A stretch of DNA of 64,000 nucleotides from an uncultured Candidatus Binatia bacterium (lineage in GTDB: Bacteria; Desulfobacterota; Binatia; UBA9968; JAJDTQ01), in contig OZ219754.1 in assembly GCA_964291295.2 (NCBI GenBank), forward strand, positions 2,912,001-2,976,000. Direction: 5' to 3'. Under the pieces are notes generated by a model, which was given only the letters and a program-made list of their open reading frames with translations, did not search any database and was not told the origin of the DNA. This document shows, one piece after another, positions 60,541 through 64,000 of the stretch. The stretch's first letter is position 1; every line of letters starts with the position of its first letter. A program made the translations under genes and the position numbers.

Positions 60541-60669
60541 GATGCCGTAATGGGGTTGTCGCTCAGGGGCTGTCGCTCAGAACCTTCCGCCCGGATTCGT
60601 CCTCCACCTCGGCGTCCGCCCTGAACCGGATCTGGCGTCCACCACCAGCGGTTGCCCGTTTCATGTCAC
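60541..60669 (-). pseudogene. Collapsed remnant of an amidohydrolase paralog
   Basis: GTG-T-*-NGQPLVVDA matches MTFNGTEIVVDA and is joined to xIRFRADAEVEDESGRKVLSD, matching FTIFNGNDAISDEQKRKILSD of the downstream gene. Confidence 0.7.
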
Positions 60670-61026
60670 GATTTGTTTCCCTGACGGATTTCGCCTAGAC
60701 TCGTTCCCATCTTCACTCCCCGCACACCCGTATCTAGTAGCGAACCATGGATTCAGGTGTCAAGAAGTGCGCGGGGTCGCGCGGCTGTCCGACGGACGAG
60801 ACGCGCACGCGGCAAGCCGTGCGAAACACTCCAGCCACCCTCCTGATCGTTCTGGCGCGGGCGCTCGTCCCGACCGTCATCGTCGGCGCTTCCAGAGCGT
60901 GGAACCGGGAACGGCGCGCCGCCATCGCCGAAAACGCCGGTATCGCCCCGGCCCCCGGGCGCAACGCGTTCAGGCTTCCCTCCATCCGACACGGCACGGG
61001 TCCGACGGCAGGATGACGGATCACCC

Positions 61027-61884
61027 ATGTCGCCGCAATTCCTCGCCTTGGTAACATCGTTCTTCTACGCGGGCTGCTTTCTAGCCACCCGGCGGGGGCT
61101 GCTGTACTCCACTCCAGCCACGGCCGCCTATGTGGCGTTGGCCGTCAACAGCACGATCCTGTGGGCGATCGTCTTCCTGACCGGCGGCATCCCCGCCGTC
61201 CCCCGGGTGGCCACCGCCTGCTTCGTGGCGGCGGGCCTGATCCAGCTTGGCACGCGCCTGTTCGCCTACCACGGCGTGGCCCGCCTCGGTGCCAGCGTCA
61301 CCAGCACCGTCCAGTCCACCAACCCGGTGTTCGGCACCGCCCTGGCGGTCCTCTTCCTGCACGAGACGGTGACGCCGCTCCTGCTCTTCGGCACCGGCTC
61401 GGTGGTACTCGGCATCATTCTGCTTTCGTGGAAGCCGCAGCAGCAGACCTGGCGGGCCCGGGATCTGGTCTTCCCCTTTGCCGCCGCCCTCACCGCCGGG
61501 GTGAACCACCCGATTCGCCGCTACGGGCTGGCCTTCGCCAACCAGCCACTCTTTCTCAGCGCGGTGATGGGGCTTGCCGCGCTGAGCCCCATGTTGTGCA
61601 ACCTCGCAAATCCGCGCGTCCGGAAAACCATCGTGCTCCACCGCCGCGCCATGCCCTACTTTCTGGCCACCGGAGTCTTCGAGGCCGTGGGCATCTGGTC
61701 GCTGGTATCGGCGCTGGGCATCGGCAACGTGGTGGTGGTGGGCCCCATCGTGTGCGTCGCGCCCCTCTGGGTGCTGCTGGGCACCCTGCTTTTCTCCCGC
61801 GACGTCGAGCGGGTGAACCTCCAGACCGGCATTGCCACCCTGTTCGTCATCACCGGAATCGTCGCCGTCTACCTGCAGGGCTGA
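61027..61884 (+). CDS. DMT/EamA family transporter
   Basis: About 10 TM segments, two EamA halves (NPVFGTALAVLFLHE; PLWVLLG..ERV). Confidence 0.87.
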   Translation: MSPQFLALVTSFFYAGCFLATRRGLLYSTPATAAYVALAVNSTILWAIVFLTGGIPAVPRVATACFVAAGLIQLGTRLFAYHGVARLGASVTSTVQSTNPVFGTALAVLFLHETVTPLLLFGTGSVVLGIILLSWKPQQQTWRARDLVFPFAAALTAGVNHPIRRYGLAFANQPLFLSAVMGLAALSPMLCNLANPRVRKTIVLHRRAMPYFLATGVFEAVGIWSLVSALGIGNVVVVGPIVCVAPLWVLLGTLLFSRDVERVNLQTGIATLFVITGIVAVYLQG

Positions 61885-62114
61885 TTTTCTTGTCGGCCGG
61901 GTGACCCGCGTGCGGTGATGGCGGCCCGGGCCATCTCTTTTCGATGTCGTGGCCGGCCGGCCACGGCGGGACTGCCGGCACTCCGGACGCTGAAGTGGGA
62001 GGCGAGGTCGAACCCGCTGAACGGGCCGGCCCTGGAGGTTCCGGAACAGAGGCTCGATCAGGCTCCCTCAGGAAGGCCGCCGGCGGTCCGGACGTGCTTC
62101 CCGTGAAGCGGCCT

Positions 62115-64000
62115 TCAGGGAACGACGGTCTCCGCCATCTCCCGGTAACGGCAGAATGCGTTCGCCAGCCGCATTTGCCGGGGGGTTCGACATTCCGGCT
62201 CGAACAGCGCCGGGTTTGCCAACAGAACGCTGACGCAGCGGGCACGTGAAGTTGCCACATTGAGACGGTTGAGGCTGTAGAGAAACTCCATTCCATGCGG
62301 TGCGTCCCTCGGCGCGGAGGTTGCCATCGAATAGATGACGAGAGGCGCCTCCTGGCCTTGAAACTTGTCCACGGTGCCGATGCGGGCTCCGGGCAACCGC
62401 TCCCGCAGTGCAAAGACCTGCGCGTTGCAAGGTGCGATGATCCGTATGTCTTCCAGTCCCAAAGCACGTTCGTCGCCGTTCCTGTCAAGCCATGTCGCAC
62501 GCTCCTCCATCAGTGTTCTTACAAGGGTGCGAACCCTGTCCGCTTCTTCAGGTGACGCGGTCTGGTTGCCGTCATGAGCGACCGGCAGCCAGCGCAGCCC
62601 GCTGCCCTGGACGAGGCCGCCGGAGAGGATGCGCTGGTTTTCGAGGCCGGGTCGGGAATGCAACCGACCCTCGTAGAACACCTCACTCGTGAATGCGCAT
62701 ATGTCCGGATGCAGTCTCCATGTCTGTTCCAGAAACAGCCCACGATCGGCCTCGATGGTCGGCCGCCCGCCCAGCAGATGATCCAGGGCCGAGACGGCCG
62801 TGCCGTCGGGATGGCCGCCTTGTATCGGCTGTTCCAGTTGCTGCGGATCACCGACAAGCACGAGTGCGGCCGCGGCCAGGGAAACGGCAAGCACGTTGGC
62901 CAGCGACATCTGCGCCGCTTCGTCCACGAACAACACGTCGACCGTGTTGCGAGCTTCGCGACGCGCCCAGAGCCATGCCGTGCCGCCCGCGACCTGGCAG
63001 TCCCTCCGCAACGCCCTGAAGACCTCCCCGTTCGTGGTCACAAAGCGCAAGCGATCCAGATCCGGTTCTCTTGCAGGCGATTTTTGTACCGCTGTCAGAT
63101 CCGTTCCGCTCTCTTCGGCCGCCCTCACCACTTCGTCGAGCAGATTGCGAATGACCTTGTGGCTGTTCGCCGTAATGCCGACTCTGGCACCCGCGCCGAC
63201 CAGAGCACAAATCATCCGCGCGCCCGTGAAGGTCTTGCCGGCACCCGGAGGCCCCTGGATCGGCAGCACGCCGCCTTCGAGAAGCGGCGCGATTCGCAGG
63301 GCTGCGTCGACGGTCGATTCTCCGTCACGTTGCAGAGCGGCACCGCCGATACGCGGCCGCCGCCTCAGCAACAGGTCGCGCGCCACCTGCCGGCCCTTGC
63401 CGCCTTCAATACCGTTCGCCGCGACATGCTCCCCGATGCCGGCGAGCGACTCCGCGAGGACCCTGGCCTTCACCACCTCGTGGGAAAAAACCGCGGCTGG
63501 ATGCCGGTCTGTACGGTCTGCACGCTTGCTGATGTCAACGGTGCGGTCCTCGACAGATATCGCCTCCAACGTGCCGATTTCCTCCCCGCCTGCGCTCATC
63601 AGCCTTTTGCCGCCGCGCAGATCGGTTTCCTGTGCGGGGAAGCGATAGCGATGCACCGGCGCCTTCCGAGTACCCCCGACCGCCTTCACAAACTCGAGGT
63701 CGGCGACGGCGCGGCGCTCGTCGATCAGGTCGTCCGCGGACAGATCGCTCAAACGGAAATATTCCCACCAGACGGATTTGTCCTCGCGCCGGTGCCAATC
63801 CGCGATGTTCGCCAACAGCCACCGTGCCTGCTGCCCGGCGGTCCGGTTGCCGGCATCCACCGGCACGTCTCCGGTCAGCCGTTCCGTCAGAGCGTTCAAG
63901 CGTTCCTGCCAGGCGCTGATGGCTGCGCTGGGATCGCCGTTCCCGGACCCGGGCCTCGCTATCCGAACCCCGGACCGGATCTGTTGGTTCCGCACGCTTT
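62115..64000 (-). CDS. SF1 DNA2/NAM7-type helicase, probably C-terminal part of a TM0106-type nuclease-helicase (5' end outside window)
   Basis: QGPPGAGKT, DEAAQ, LVGDPQQL, TVDKFQGQE, NRLNVATSRAR; WHRREDKSVWWEYF linker; frame open to the window edge. Confidence 0.85.
   Translation of the reverse strand, partial: SVRNQQIRSGVRIARPGSGNGDPSAAISAWQERLNALTERLTGDVPVDAGNRTAGQQARWLLANIADWHRREDKSVWWEYFRLSDLSADDLIDERRAVADLEFVKAVGGTRKAPVHRYRFPAQETDLRGGKRLMSAGGEEIGTLEAISVEDRTVDISKRADRTDRHPAAVFSHEVVKARVLAESLAGIGEHVAANGIEGGKGRQVARDLLLRRRPRIGGAALQRDGESTVDAALRIAPLLEGGVLPIQGPPGAGKTFTGARMICALVGAGARVGITANSHKVIRNLLDEVVRAAEESGTDLTAVQKSPAREPDLDRLRFVTTNGEVFRALRRDCQVAGGTAWLWARREARNTVDVLFVDEAAQMSLANVLAVSLAAAALVLVGDPQQLEQPIQGGHPDGTAVSALDHLLGGRPTIEADRGLFLEQTWRLHPDICAFTSEVFYEGRLHSRPGLENQRILSGGLVQGSGLRWLPVAHDGNQTASPEEADRVRTLVRTLMEERATWLDRNGDERALGLEDIRIIAPCNAQVFALRERLPGARIGTVDKFQGQEAPLVIYSMATSAPRDAPHGMEFLYSLNRLNVATSRARCVSVLLANPALFEPECRTPRQMRLANAFCRYREMAETVVP

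Noticed and set aside
60665-60710. Short ORF MGTSLGEIRQGNKS-TGA as a selenoprotein or leader peptide
   Set aside because: No redox motif or convincing SECIS; the region is better explained by the amidohydrolase remnant
61885-62114. GC-rich palindromes between the EamA and helicase genes as an ncRNA or MITE
   Set aside because: No second copy in the window and no terminal repeats or target duplication; compatible with chance hairpins or a terminator between convergent genes

Overview
High-GC bacterial chromosomal window. The gene set (TTT transporter, several UbiD, amidohydrolase and ThDP paralogs, deltaproteobacterial-type core operons) suggests a Deltaproteobacteria/Binatota-like organism; this is inference. 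Almost all genes lie on the minus strand. Core blocks: pheA-hisC-tyrA-aroA-cmk-rpsA-ihfB-AAA+/VWA-mutS-amidase-glnD-xerD-trpS-scpA-scpB-rluB-NUDIX-peroxiredoxin; mutL-miaA; yicC-gmk-rel; rpmB. Most notable features: (1) a peroxiredoxin whose catalytic residue is an in-frame UGA followed by a SECIS-like hairpin (a selenoprotein truncated in the ORF track); (2) a 12-gene catabolic operon built around a four-subunit NdhFSLM-like molybdenum hydroxylase, with CoA-transferase, LLM oxidoreductase, two-Cys racemase/isomerase, DUF6282 metallohydrolase, two PLP enzymes and UbiD; (3) a small coiled-coil/AT-hook/winged-helix protein built like a xenogeneic silencer; (4) a signal peptide-DUF151-PDZ fusion; (5) a UbiD-Zn ribbon-NadD-like unit divergent from a TTT transporter, with paired operator-like sites; (6) a collapsed amidohydrolase pseudogene. 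No rRNA, tRNA, CRISPR array or transposase was seen. All family assignments come from motifs and recall, not database searches.
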